DNA from: an uncultured Gemmatimonadales bacterium | Lineage (GTDB): Bacteria > Gemmatimonadota > Gemmatimonadetes > Longimicrobiales > RSA9 | Direction: 5' to 3' | DNA: 64,000 nucleotides | NCBI GenBank assembly: GCA_963741945.1 | Contig: CAVUKA010000001.1 | Coordinates: 1,152,001-1,216,000 of the forward strand | Program-made: the position numbers and the translations under genes | Notes under the pieces: model-generated | Database searches by the model: none | What the model saw: the letters and a program-made list of their open reading frames with translations, nothing else | What the model was told of the DNA's origin: nothing | In this document: one piece after another, positions 29,326-39,084 of the stretch | How the letters are laid out: every line of letters starts with the position of its first letter | How positions within the stretch are numbered: position 1 is the first letter of the stretch

Positions 29326-30402
29326 GTGCGATACATCGGCAACAAGACCAAGCTGCTCTCCTTCATCGAGGGGCGCGTCCGCCGCCGCGGGATCACGGGC
29401 ACGGCGGTGGACCCGTTCAGCGGCACGGCGAGCGTGGCGCAGCACCTGAAGCGCATGGGCTTCCGGGTCACGGCGTCGGACATCATGACGTACGGCTACG
29501 TTTTCGCGCGCGCGTACGTCGAGGCCTGGGCGCTCCCCGCGGCGCCGGGGCTGTCGGACGAGGTGCTCGCCGTGGAAGGTCGGGACGCGCCGTCGCTCGG
29601 CGACGTCGTCGCCTACCTGAACGGGCTCGACCCGCTCCCGGACTTCGTCCACCGCCACTACTCCCCGGCGGGGCAGGCGGCGAGGGAGCACGGCCGGATG
29701 TACTTCACGCCGTCGAACGCGGCGAGGATCGACCACATCCGGAACCGGATCGAGGAGTGGCGACGCGCGGCTCGCATCGACGACGACCTCTTCCACCTCC
29801 TCCTGGCGGCGCTCATCGAGGCGGCGGACCGGGTGGCGAACACCACGGGGGTGTACGCGGCGTTCGTGAAGAGCTGGCAGCCGAACGCGCGCAGGCCGCT
29901 GGAGCTGCGGCCGCCGGAGATCGTGGAAGGGAACGGCTGCCGTGCGGAGCGGAAGGACGCGCTGGATCTCGTCGCCGGGCTGGAGCCGTTCGACCTGCTC
30001 TACCTCGACCCGCCGTACAACAACCGGCAGTACCCCGGCTACTACCACATTCCCGAGCTGATCGCGGAGGGGTGGTTCGATGGCGAGCCGGAGCTGCGCG
30101 GGAAGACGGGGCTGCTCCCGGACGCGGACAAGCGCAGCGACTGGTCGCGCGCCGGGAAGTGTGAGGCCGCGTTCGAGGCGCTGGTGGCCACCGCGCCGTG
30201 GCGGCACCTGGTCATGAGCTACAACGACGAGGGGATCATCCCCGGACCCACCATCGAGCGCGTGCTGACGCACCACGGCGACGCCGCCACCTACCGCCGC
30301 TACCACCGCAGCTACAAGCGCTACCGGTCCGACTCGGACTCCGAGCAGCGGAGCTACAAGTCGGACCGGACCTACGAGTACCTGTACTGCGTCAGCCGGT
30401 AG
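29326..30402 (+). CDS. N6-adenine DNA methyltransferase (D12/FokI-like class), solitary
   Basis: RYIGNKTKLL, DPFSGTASV, YLDPPYN and MSYNDEG motifs; start GTG 29326 or ATG 29311. Confidence 0.9.
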   Translation: MRYIGNKTKLLSFIEGRVRRRGITGTAVDPFSGTASVAQHLKRMGFRVTASDIMTYGYVFARAYVEAWALPAAPGLSDEVLAVEGRDAPSLGDVVAYLNGLDPLPDFVHRHYSPAGQAAREHGRMYFTPSNAARIDHIRNRIEEWRRAARIDDDLFHLLLAALIEAADRVANTTGVYAAFVKSWQPNARRPLELRPPEIVEGNGCRAERKDALDLVAGLEPFDLLYLDPPYNNRQYPGYYHIPELIAEGWFDGEPELRGKTGLLPDADKRSDWSRAGKCEAAFEALVATAPWRHLVMSYNDEGIIPGPTIERVLTHHGDAATYRRYHRSYKRYRSDSDSEQRSYKSDRTYEYLYCVSR

Positions 30403-30462
30403 CGCGCGCCCCCTGGCGGCCGCTGCCCGGCCCGCCGACCGGTGCTGTGGCCCTCGCGCCGG

Positions 30463-32220
30463 CTACTGCACCTCGAACTTGATGTCCAGCGCGATCCAGA
30501 CGGGGACCTTCTCGTTGCCGTTGTACGCCGGCGTGAACTCCGTGACGTCGGCCACCCTCAACGCCGCCTGGTCGAGGGCATCGTGACCGCTCGACTTGTT
30601 CACCTGCACCTTCTTCACGCGGCCGTCCGTGTCGATGAAGAACCAGACGTTCGTGGTGCCGCCGATCCCCGCGCCGCGGAGCTCCGGCGGGTAGTCCGCC
30701 ATCAGCGCCTGCCGGACCTCCGTGGCGTTCTCCAGCATCGGCCGCCGGGTCATGGGCGTGAACGCCGGGCCGGCCGCGATGTCGACGCGCTCGCCACCTT
30801 CAGCCTCGCCGGCGGGAGGCGCCGGAGCCTCCCCGGACGCAGCGGCCTCCACCCTGTCGCCGCCGAGAAGCCAGTCCTGGACCTGGATGTACTTCTCCGT
30901 GGCGTCGATCAGCTTCGGCACGTCCGCCGACGCGTGCGCCTTCTCGTAGCCGCGCGCCGCCTCGAACAGCTCGAGCGCGCCCTGGTACAGCGGCTTCGCC
31001 TCCGCCGCCGACCGGGCCGTCATCGGCGCGCCCACCTTCTGCGCCTGCTCGTACAGGATGTACGCCATCCAGAACGCCCGGGTCCGCTGGTCCTCCTCCG
31101 TCTTCGCCAGCATCCCGGCGTCGGCAAGGAGCTGGTACGCCTCGCTAAGCCGGCCCTTCTGGAACTCCTCACGGTACGCGTGGGCGAACAGCGCCCCGAA
31201 GTCGGAGAAGTCCGCCGCGGTCACCGCCGCCGCGGCGGCGGCCCCGGCCGCCCCGGCGTTCGGCTCCGCAGCGACGCCGGAGTCCGCCGGCGCCCCGGCG
31301 TCCACGCCCGGCGCCGTCGGCTCCACCGTCGTCTCCTTCGGCGCCTCGCACGAGAGCGCCAGCGCGAGGGTGAGGGCGGACGCCGCGCCCAGCGCCAGCG
31401 CCCGGAGCGTGCGGCGGCCCGTCGTCGTCCGAGTGATCATCCGGATCCTCCTCTCGAGCATCGATTTCGGTTCGGCCAGCCCCAGCGCGAACGCGGCCCG
31501 GCGCTGCCCCACCTCCAGGAGGAGCGAGCCGTAGCGGCGCGCGTCGCCGCCCCCCCGCAGCACGCGGGCGTCGCAGTCCAGCTCGAGCGCCAGCCGGAGC
31601 CGCCGCAGCTGCCACCACATCACGGGGTTCCACGGAACGAGCGCGCACACGAGCAGCGCCCCGAGCGCCAGGCGAGGATCGCCGGCACGCACGTGCTCCG
31701 CCTCGTGCCGCACCAGCAGGCGACGACGGTCGGGGTCCAGCTCCAGCGCCCATTCGGGCACCACAACCGCTCCTCGCCAGATGCCCACCGCCGCGGGCCC
31801 CACGCTCCTCGACAGGAGCACATCGACGCCATCCACCCGCCGGCGAGACCAGCCCCGGCGACGGCGCCCGAGATGCACGGCCGCCACCACGAGGACGACC
31901 ACCAGCGCGAGCGACGCCGCCGCCCACCCCATCAGCAGGAGGTCGCCCAGCGACGACCCCGATGATGCCGATGACGTCACCCGCATCGGCGCGATCGCCT
32001 GCAGCGTGTACCCGGCCGGGAGCGACGGGAGCGGCGCCACCGGGCCGTGCGCGGGAAGCAGCACCGCGGCCGCCGGAAGCCCGACCGACGTCAGCAGCGC
32101 TCCCGCCCACACCCACCGCACCGGCCACCCCTGCGCCTCCGCCGCGCGCTCCGCAGCCACTGCCGCCACGGTCACCAGCGCCGAAACGGTCAGCACGTAG
32201 GCCAGCCACCCCAGGATCAT
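30463..32220 (-). CDS. BlaR1-like M56 peptidase fused to TonB C-terminal domain
   Basis: HEAEHVRAGD and PWNPVMWW..ELDCD; C-terminal YPPELR.AGIGG...F.ID.DGRV...ALDQAA. Confidence 0.88.
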   Translation of the reverse strand: MILGWLAYVLTVSALVTVAAVAAERAAEAQGWPVRWVWAGALLTSVGLPAAAVLLPAHGPVAPLPSLPAGYTLQAIAPMRVTSSASSGSSLGDLLLMGWAAASLALVVVLVVAAVHLGRRRRGWSRRRVDGVDVLLSRSVGPAAVGIWRGAVVVPEWALELDPDRRRLLVRHEAEHVRAGDPRLALGALLVCALVPWNPVMWWQLRRLRLALELDCDARVLRGGGDARRYGSLLLEVGQRRAAFALGLAEPKSMLERRIRMITRTTTGRRTLRALALGAASALTLALALSCEAPKETTVEPTAPGVDAGAPADSGVAAEPNAGAAGAAAAAAVTAADFSDFGALFAHAYREEFQKGRLSEAYQLLADAGMLAKTEEDQRTRAFWMAYILYEQAQKVGAPMTARSAAEAKPLYQGALELFEAARGYEKAHASADVPKLIDATEKYIQVQDWLLGGDRVEAAASGEAPAPPAGEAEGGERVDIAAGPAFTPMTRRPMLENATEVRQALMADYPPELRGAGIGGTTNVWFFIDTDGRVKKVQVNKSSGHDALDQAALRVADVTEFTPAYNGNEKVPVWIALDIKFEVQ

Positions 32221-32594
32221 TCGTCGCCTCCCTCCCCGAGCCGCTCATCCAGCAGACGACGCATCCGCTCCAGCTCCTCGTCGCTCAGCTCCCGCTCGCT
32301 CACCAGCTGCGTCAGCAGAAGCTCCGGCGATCCGCGGAACACCCGATCAAGAAGGCGAGCGAGCGCGCTCGCGCTGGCCTCCTCCCGCTCCACCAGCGGC
32401 CGGTACCGGTAGGCCCGACCCTCCCCTTCCCGGTGCCCGACGTGCCCCTTCTCCTCCAGCGTCCGCAGCACCGTCAGCACCGTGGTGTACGCCAGCTCGT
32501 CCGAAAGCCGCGCCTGCACGTCGGCCACCGTCGCCTCTCCCAGCTCCCACAGCACCGCCATCACGTCCAGCTCGCGATCCGTGAATCTCGGCAT
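32217..32594 (-). CDS. BlaI/MecI/CopY family repressor
   Basis: TDRELDVMAVLW and LAYTTVLTVLRTLEEKG motifs. Confidence 0.93.
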   Translation of the reverse strand: MPRFTDRELDVMAVLWELGEATVADVQARLSDELAYTTVLTVLRTLEEKGHVGHREGEGRAYRYRPLVEREEASASALARLLDRVFRGSPELLLTQLVSERELSDEELERMRRLLDERLGEGGDE

Positions 32595-32696
32595 TCCTCA
32601 CTCCTCCCGTCGCTGCGCCCGCCCCCGTCCGCCGCATCCGCCGCGTTCGGGCGGCGGGGGCCCGGTGGCCTGTGCCCGGGCCTCGGAGGCCCGCTG

Positions 32697-32755
32697 CTAC
32701 TAGCCTACTAGTAGATAAGGGGACGGATCGCCGCTGTCAACTATTTTGTTAGTAG
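32697..32755 (-). promoter_or_regulatory. blaI promoter with operator palindromes
   Basis: CTACTAG-CCTA-CTAGTAG (32697-32714); degenerate copy CAACTAT-TTTG-TTAGTAG (32738-32755); minus-strand TTGACA at 32740-32735. Confidence 0.72.
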
Positions 32756-33111
32756 CACCCGCAGGCGGCCGGGACCTCGGCCGGCAAATAGGGGCGCCGC
32801 AGGAGTGGGGGGCCGACAAGGCGCGCGGGGGCCGCGGCGGTGGGGGCCCCGTGAGTGGGCGGCGCGGCCGTGAGTGGGCGGGGCCGCCGCGGTTAAATCG
32901 CCATTGTTGCGTCGAAAGAAGGAAGGTGGCGATTCAGCCGCGCCCACCGCGGCTGGATCGCCAAAATGCCGGGACCTGATCCGGAGGATGGGGAATGGAC
33001 CGCGCGCCGCATCGCCCCGCACCCGCAAGGCCGGGCGCGACGCATCAATGAGGCCCGCGATGATGGCTGCCGAGGGTGGCAGCGGCGCCGGGGTTCAGCG
33101 GGCTTCCGGAA

Positions 33112-33480
33112 TCACCCCCGCACCGCCGCCCACGCCAGGAGCGCCCACCCGGCCATGAACGAAAGGCCGCCCAGCGGCGTCACCGCGCCGAGCCACCGGG
33201 GCGCGCCCAGCGCCAGGGCGTAGACGGTCCCGCAGAAGACGACGATCCCGGCCACGAAGAGCCACCCCGCCGCGTGGGCGGTGGAGCCCGGCCAGCGACT
33301 GGCCGCGCCGGCCGCGAAAAGGAGTGCCAGGGCGTGGTACATCTGGTAGCGCGCCGCGGTTTCCCAGGTCTGGAGCCGCTCGGGGGTGAGGTGCGCCTCG
33401 AGGGCGTGTGCGCCGAACGCGCCGGCGGCCACGGCGAGCAGCGCCGCGATCGATCCGAGGATGAAGAAGGTGCGGTTCAT
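33112..33480 (-). CDS. DUF423 membrane protein (YgdD/YwdK-like)
   Basis: GAFGAH, WETAARYQMYH and GAVTPLGG motifs. Confidence 0.9.
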   Translation of the reverse strand: MNRTFFILGSIAALLAVAAGAFGAHALEAHLTPERLQTWETAARYQMYHALALLFAAGAASRWPGSTAHAAGWLFVAGIVVFCGTVYALALGAPRWLGAVTPLGGLSFMAGWALLAWAAVRG

Positions 33481-33708
33481 GGAGAGAATGTCCGTCGGCC
33501 GGGCCGCCGCCGCAACTTCCCGGGGGCCTGGCTCCACAATCCACATACGCGGCCGTCCGTTCTGCGCGTGGGGGCGCCATATTCGAGGTGCCGCACCGGC
33601 TCCGTCGGCCGTGCCAGGCTCCAGAATCCATATTCTCTCCGGGCGCCCCCCCCCGCCCGCCCAGCACTCCCATGGAACCGCGCCTCTCCACGGGGGTCTC
33701 AGGTCCAC

Positions 33709-34779
33709 ATGCGCATCCGCACGGTTCGTCGCCTGTCCCTGCTGGCACTGCTGGCAGTAGTGGCCGGCTCACTCCTGTTCTGCTCGCCCGGGTACGTGGT
33801 GCGGGCGGGGCTGGAAGAGGCCAGGATCCTGAGCCGGCGCCGTCCCATCGACGAGGTGATCGCGTCGCCCGCGACGGGGACGCGGACGCGCGACAAGCTG
33901 GAGCTGGTGCGAACGGCGAGGACCTTCGCGGCGCAGCAGCTGGGTCTGGACGTGGGCGACAGCTACACGACGTTCGCGCGCGTGGACAGCGACACGCTGC
34001 TGCTGGTGCTGCAGGCGTCGCGGAAGGACGCGTTCCAGCCGGTGACCTGGTGGTTCCCGATCGTGGGACACGTGCCGTACAAGGGGTTTTTCGATCCCGA
34101 GGACGCGCTGAAAGCGGCCAGGAAGCTGGAGCGCGAGGGGTACGACACGTACGTGCGACCGTCGGGGGCGTTCAGCACGCTCGGCTGGTTCAACGATCCG
34201 CTGCTGAGCACGATCCTCGACTACGACAGCGTGGCGCTCGCCTCCACGGTGATCCACGAGGTCACGCACAATACGTTCTACCTGCCCAGCCAGGCGGCGT
34301 TCAACGAGAGTTTCGCCAACTTCGTGGGCGACGTGGGGGCCGCCGAGATGTTCTGCGGCATCGAGGGCGATGACGGGCCGCACTGCCGGGCCGCGCGGGC
34401 TGCCTGGCACGACGCGATCCTCTTCGGCGACGCGCTCCAGCGCCTGGTCTCTGCGCTCGACAACCTGTACGCACGCACCGACATCACGTCGGCCCGGAAA
34501 GTGGCGGACCGAGAGGTCATCATCCGCCGCTGGCGGGAGGGCTACGAGCGGGAAGTGGTGCCCCGTCTCGAGCGAAGCTTCCGCACGTTCGCGCGGCGGC
34601 CGATCAACAACGCCACGCTGATGGGTGTGCGGCTCTACTACAAGGACCTGGGGCTGTTCGACCGCGCATACCGCGAGACGGGCGCGCCGCTGAAGGAGGT
34701 GGTGGCCGCCATGGTGAAAGCGGCGAAGTCGTCGCCTGACGCCCCGTACCAGGCGATCGCCCGCTTGGCTCCCGGTTGA
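33709..34779 (+). CDS. Putative zinc aminopeptidase
   Basis: WWFPIVG.VPYKGFF, AFSTLGWFNDP, IHEVTH and FNESFANFVG motifs. Confidence 0.87.
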   Translation: MRIRTVRRLSLLALLAVVAGSLLFCSPGYVVRAGLEEARILSRRRPIDEVIASPATGTRTRDKLELVRTARTFAAQQLGLDVGDSYTTFARVDSDTLLLVLQASRKDAFQPVTWWFPIVGHVPYKGFFDPEDALKAARKLEREGYDTYVRPSGAFSTLGWFNDPLLSTILDYDSVALASTVIHEVTHNTFYLPSQAAFNESFANFVGDVGAAEMFCGIEGDDGPHCRAARAAWHDAILFGDALQRLVSALDNLYARTDITSARKVADREVIIRRWREGYEREVVPRLERSFRTFARRPINNATLMGVRLYYKDLGLFDRAYRETGAPLKEVVAAMVKAAKSSPDAPYQAIARLAPG

Positions 34780-34882
34780 CCCCGCCCCTATGTTACCGCG
34801 CTTGGGCGCCGGGGGCGGCTCGACGTCGCAGAGGTCGTGAGCGCCGCGCAGGCCATACACGCTAATCCGCATCCGCTTTCTG

Positions 34883-37387
34883 ATGGACGACACCACCTAC
34901 AACGCATCCGCGCTCGACAGGAAATGGCAGGCCCGGTGGGCCGAGGAGGGGACGAACGCCCTCGATGAGGAGACGCTCCTCGGGGCGGAGAAGCCGTTCT
35001 TCAACCTCATGATGTTCCCCTACCCCTCCGCGGAGGGGCTGCACGTGGGGAATATCTACGCGTTCACGGGCGCGGACGTGTACGGGCGCTACATGCGGCT
35101 CCGGGGCCACACTGTCTTCGAGCCCATCGGCTTCGACGCGTTCGGGATCCACAGCGAGAACTTCGCGCTCAAGATGGGGACGCACCCCATGGAGCTGATC
35201 CCGAGCAACGTGGCGAACTTCACGCGCCAGCTGAAGCGCACGGGCGCCATGTACGACTGGAACCACGCGGTGAACACCACCGATCCATCGTACTACAGGT
35301 GGACGCAGTGGATCTTCCTCCAGCTCTACAAGGCCGGACTGGCGGAGAAGAAGGAAGCGCCGGTCAACTGGTGCCCGTCGTGCCAGACCGTGCTGGCCAA
35401 CGAGCAGGTCATCGCGGGCGAGTGCGAGCGCTGCGGCACCCCCGTCGAGCAGCGCTTCCTCAGCCAGTGGTTCTTCAGGATCACGGAGTACGCCGGCCGG
35501 CTCCTGAACAACCTGTCCTGGATCGACTGGTCCGAGACCACGAAGAAGGCGCAGGAGAACTGGATCGGGAAGAGCGAGGGCGCGCTCGTCCGCTTCCCCA
35601 TCGCCCGGAAGAAGGTGGCCGAGGACGAGCACGAGAAAGCGCAGGTGCACGCGGACCGTCCCGTCATCGAGGTGTTCACCACGCGCCCGGACACCCTGTA
35701 CGGCGCCACGTTCATGGTCCTGGCGCCCGAGCACCCGGCGGTGGACCGGCTGACGACGGACGATCGCCGCGAGGAGGTGGAAGCGTACCGTCGCCGCGCC
35801 GCGGCCATGGACCTCGTCTCCCGCAAGAAGACGGAGAAGGAGAAGACCGGCGTCTTCACCGGCGGCTACTGCGTGAACCCGGCCACGGGCGAGGACGTCC
35901 CGGTCTGGATCGCCGATTACGTGCTCATGGAGTACGGCACCGGCGCCATCATGGCCGTCCCCGGTCACGACGAGCGCGATTTCGAGTTCGCCACCAAGTT
36001 CGCGCTGCCGATCGTCCGCGTGGTGGCGGGCGAGGGCGACGACGGGCTGGCGCCGCTGGAGCAGGCCTACATCGGCGACGAGGGCACCCTGGTCAACTCC
36101 GACCCGTTCAATGGCATGCCGTGGCGGGAGGCGAAGAAAGCCATCACCGCCTGGCTCGCCGAGCGCGGGCTGGGCGAGGAGCGGATCAACTACCGCCTCC
36201 ACGACTGGTGCATCTCCCGCCAGCGCTACTGGGGCCCGCCCATCCCCATCATCTACTGCGACGACTGCGGCACCCTCCCCGTCCCCGAGGAGGACCTCCC
36301 CGTCCTGCTCCCCCACGTGGACGACTACAAGCCCGACGCCTCCGGCATCAGCCCCCTCGCCCGGGCGGAGTCGTGGTACCGCGTGACGTGCCCCTCGTGC
36401 GGCGGCGAGGCGAGGCGTGAGACGGACGTGAGCGACACGTTCCTGGACAGCTCCTGGTACTTCCTCCGCTACCCGTCCACCGCGCTGGACGACCGGGCGT
36501 TCGGGCCGGAGCGGACGGAGAAGTGGCTGCCGGTGGACATGTACATCGGCGGCGAGGAGCACAGCGTGCTGCACCTGCTCTACGCCCGCTTCATCACCAT
36601 GGTGCTCAAGGACCTCGGCTTCATCGATTTCGAGGAGCCCTTCGAGCGCTTCCGCAAGCACGGCCTCATCATCAAGGAAGGGTCCAAGATGTCGAAGTCC
36701 CGGGGCAATGTCGTGGTCCCGGACAAGTACATCGAGAAGTGGGGCGCGGACACGTTCCGTACCTACCTCATGTTCCTCGGACCCTACCAGGAGGGCGGCG
36801 ACTTCCGCGACCAGGGGCTCAGCGGGCCCGGCGGCTTCTACTCCCGCCTGTGGGACACCATCGTCCGCGACGAGCTCGGCGATGCCTCGATCTCCGGCGA
36901 CCTGGAACAGAAGCTCCACGCCACCATCAAGAAGGTGACGGATGACATCGCCGCGCTCAGCTACAACACCGCCATCGCCGCCATGATGGAGTACCTCAAC
37001 GCGGTGCGGGAGCGCGGGCGGCAGGCCAGCCGCAGCGAAGTGGAGCCCCTCGTCGTCCTGGCCGCGCCCTTCGGGCCCCACATCGCCGAGGAGCTGTGGG
37101 CGAGGCTCGGGCACGAACAGCCGCTCTTCCGGCGCCAGACCGCGGCCGGCAACCCGGTCCTCTGGCCCGACTACGACCCCGGCAAGGTCACCGCCGACAC
37201 CATCGAGTTCGTCGTCCAGGTCAATGGCAAGCTCCGCGCGCGGATGCCCATGGCTCGCGGCATCTCCGAAGACGACGCCCGACAGGCCGCCCTCGCCGAC
37301 GAAAACGTGGCCCGGCAGCTCGAGGGCAAGACGGTCCGCAAAGTCATCTTCGTCCGCGATCGCCTGGTCAACCTCGTCGTCGCGTAA
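34883..37387 (+). CDS. leuS: Leucine--tRNA ligase
   Basis: MFPYPS..HVGN, FTTRPDT, GTGAIMAVPGHD, SRQRYWG, KMSKS and VQVNGKLR motifs. Confidence 0.97.
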   Translation: MDDTTYNASALDRKWQARWAEEGTNALDEETLLGAEKPFFNLMMFPYPSAEGLHVGNIYAFTGADVYGRYMRLRGHTVFEPIGFDAFGIHSENFALKMGTHPMELIPSNVANFTRQLKRTGAMYDWNHAVNTTDPSYYRWTQWIFLQLYKAGLAEKKEAPVNWCPSCQTVLANEQVIAGECERCGTPVEQRFLSQWFFRITEYAGRLLNNLSWIDWSETTKKAQENWIGKSEGALVRFPIARKKVAEDEHEKAQVHADRPVIEVFTTRPDTLYGATFMVLAPEHPAVDRLTTDDRREEVEAYRRRAAAMDLVSRKKTEKEKTGVFTGGYCVNPATGEDVPVWIADYVLMEYGTGAIMAVPGHDERDFEFATKFALPIVRVVAGEGDDGLAPLEQAYIGDEGTLVNSDPFNGMPWREAKKAITAWLAERGLGEERINYRLHDWCISRQRYWGPPIPIIYCDDCGTLPVPEEDLPVLLPHVDDYKPDASGISPLARAESWYRVTCPSCGGEARRETDVSDTFLDSSWYFLRYPSTALDDRAFGPERTEKWLPVDMYIGGEEHSVLHLLYARFITMVLKDLGFIDFEEPFERFRKHGLIIKEGSKMSKSRGNVVVPDKYIEKWGADTFRTYLMFLGPYQEGGDFRDQGLSGPGGFYSRLWDTIVRDELGDASISGDLEQKLHATIKKVTDDIAALSYNTAIAAMMEYLNAVRERGRQASRSEVEPLVVLAAPFGPHIAEELWARLGHEQPLFRRQTAAGNPVLWPDYDPGKVTADTIEFVVQVNGKLRARMPMARGISEDDARQAALADENVARQLEGKTVRKVIFVRDRLVNLVVA

Positions 37388-37485
37388 GCCGGTGCTGTAC
37401 TTGCGGTTGAATACTTCGGAACACGGGCGTGGAAGCGCTCGCTGGCCTGGACCGGAGCACCCCGGAACGAGCTCCCCGCACGGGG

Positions 37486-37514
37486 TTGACACCCCCCGCG
37501 ACCGGGGGTAATTT
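37486..37514 (+). promoter_or_regulatory. Sigma70 promoter for tRNA-fMet
   Basis: TTGACA, 17 nt, TAATTT. Confidence 0.8.
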
Positions 37515-37525
37515 AGGTGTCTCGA

Positions 37526-37599
37526 CGCGGGGTGGAGCAGTCTGGTAGCTCGCCGGGCTCATAACCCGGAGGTCGCGGGTTCAAATCCCGCCCCCGCTA
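37526..37599 (+). tRNA. tRNA-fMet(CAT)
   Basis: Cloverleaf, unpaired C1, three G-C pairs in anticodon stem, CTCATAA loop. Confidence 0.95.
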
Positions 37600-37623
37600 T
37601 TCGGCAAGGCCGCACCACGGCCG

Positions 37624-37660
37624 GCCCGCCCCGAGTCCGAACGATGGGGCGGGCTTTTCG
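37624..37660 (+). terminator. Intrinsic terminator after tRNA-fMet
   Basis: GCCCGCCCC...GGGGCGGGC followed by TTTT. Confidence 0.65.
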
Positions 37661-37843
37661 TCGAAATGACGAAGCGTGGATCGGCGGAGCCGGTGACAAT
37701 TCGGGTCATGAGCGCGGCCGGGGAAGTGGCCCGGCAGGGGTACGACCTGGGTCGGGTGACTCGGGTCTCGCCGCGATGCGGGCGCCGAGAGCGCCGGGCC
37801 CATGAGGACGGGAGTGAACGGGTGCCGCGACTTCGGATGGTAA

Positions 37844-37916
37844 GGCCGGGTAGCTCAGTTGGTAGAGCACACGACTGAAAATCGTGGTGTCGACAGTTCG
37901 ATTCTGTCCCCGGCCA
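37844..37916 (+). tRNA. tRNA-Phe(GAA)
   Basis: Cloverleaf, loop CTGAAAA. Confidence 0.95.
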
Positions 37917-37923
37917 CTGGTGT

Positions 37924-37996
37924 AGGTCCGTAGCTCAACTGGTAGAGCACCGGTCTCCAAAACCGGCGGTTGGGGGTTCAAGTCCCTCCGGGCCTG
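37924..37996 (+). tRNA. tRNA-Trp(CCA)
   Basis: Cloverleaf, loop CTCCAAA. Confidence 0.95.
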
Positions 37997-38043
37997 TTGG
38001 CGATCAGACGGCGCGAGCCCGCGGGCTCGCGCACATGGAAGAG

Positions 38044-38116
38044 GCCCCCATCGTCTAGTGGCCTAGGATATCTGGTTCTCAGCCAGGAGACCGGGGTTCG
38101 ATTCCCCGTGGGGGTA
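38044..38116 (+). tRNA. tRNA-Glu(CTC)
   Basis: Cloverleaf, loop TTCTCAG. Confidence 0.93.
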
Positions 38117-38189
38117 TGAAGACGTCGTTGCCGGGGTGGTGCTCGTTGCCGGGAAGCGACCCCGAGCCGGGCGTTGGAAGGGCGGCTGG

Positions 38190-38261
38190 GCCCTCATCGT
38201 CTAACGGCTAGGACGCCAGCCTTTCAAGCTGGTAATAGGGGTTCGATTCCCCTTGGGGGCA
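38190..38261 (+). tRNA. tRNA-Glu(TTC)
   Basis: Cloverleaf, loop CTTTCAA. Confidence 0.93.
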
Positions 38262-38307
38262 TGAGCGGGGATCGTGCGAAAGCGATCCATGCAGGAGCGG
38301 GAAGTGT

Positions 38308-38380
38308 GCGGGCGTAGCTCAGTTGGTAGAGCGTCTGCTTGCCATGCAGAAGGTCGCCGGTTCGAGTCCGGTCGCCCGCT
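38308..38380 (+). tRNA. tRNA-Gly(GCC)
   Basis: Cloverleaf, loop TTGCCAT, U73. Confidence 0.95.
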
Positions 38381-38411
38381 TCGGTAGGCCGGCCCGGAAG
38401 GGTCGGGGTCA

Positions 38412-38486
38412 GGGGCTGTAGCTCAGTTTGGTTAGAGTGCCGGTCTGTCACACCGGAGGTCGCGGGTTCAAGTCCCGTCAGCCCCG
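38412..38486 (+). tRNA. tRNA-Asp(GTC)
   Basis: Cloverleaf, loop CTGTCAC, G73. Confidence 0.95.
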
Positions 38487-38587
38487 CTGAGTTGATTGAA
38501 AACAGAGGTGCGACACGCAGGCCGGGGCGAGAGCCCCGGGACGACGTTGAGTCGATGAACCGGCATGGTGCCGGGGAGTCGGCCGTC

Positions 38588-38660
38588 GGGGCTGTAGCTC
38601 AGTTGGGAGAGCGCCTGAATGGCATTCAGGAGGTCAGGGGTTCGACTCCCCTCAGCTCCA
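38588..38660 (+). tRNA. tRNA-Ala(GGC)
   Basis: Cloverleaf, G3:U70, loop ATGGCAT. Confidence 0.95.
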
Positions 38661-38669
38661 TGGTGGTTC

Positions 38670-38753
38670 GCTCGGATGGCGGAATTGGTAGACGCGCATG
38701 GTTCAGGACCATGTGGGGGCAACCCCGTGGAGGTTCGAGTCCTCTTCCGAGCA
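38670..38753 (+). tRNA. tRNA-Leu(CAG)
   Basis: Cloverleaf with long variable arm, loop TTCAGGA. Confidence 0.95.
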
Positions 38754-38774
38754 CTGGATCGCAGGATGCAGGGA

Positions 38775-38858
38775 GCCCACGTGCTGAAATTGGTAGACAG
38801 GCTGGTTTGAGGGACCAGTGCCCGAAAGGGCGTACAGGTTCGAGTCCTGTCGTGGGCA
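38775..38858 (+). tRNA. tRNA-Leu(GAG)
   Basis: Cloverleaf with long variable arm, loop TTGAGGG. Confidence 0.95.
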
Positions 38859-38862
38859 CTCC

Positions 38863-38946
38863 GGTGGGGTACCGAAGCGGCTAAACGGGACAGACTGTAA
38901 ATCTGTTGGGCCACGCCCTACGAAGGTTCGAATCCTTCCCCCACCA
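38863..38946 (+). tRNA. tRNA-Tyr(GTA)
   Basis: Cloverleaf with long variable arm, loop CTGTAAA. Confidence 0.95.
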
Positions 38947-38953
38947 CTGCTCC

Positions 38954-39028
38954 GGGCGCGTAGCTCAGTCTGGTTAGAGCGCTACGTTGACATCGTAGAG
39001 GTCAGAGGTTCGAGTCCTCTCGCGCCCA
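38954..39028 (+). tRNA. tRNA-Val(GAC)
   Basis: Cloverleaf, loop TTGACAT. Confidence 0.95.
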
Positions 39029-39084
39029 TGAAACCGACGCTGGGCGGGAGGGTATCCGGCTCGGCGGCGGGGAGTGGAAGTGCC

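Noticed and set aside
35041-35053. LeuS HIGH motif reading HVGN
   Set aside because: A natural variant of the class I signature; editing and KMSKS motifs are intact
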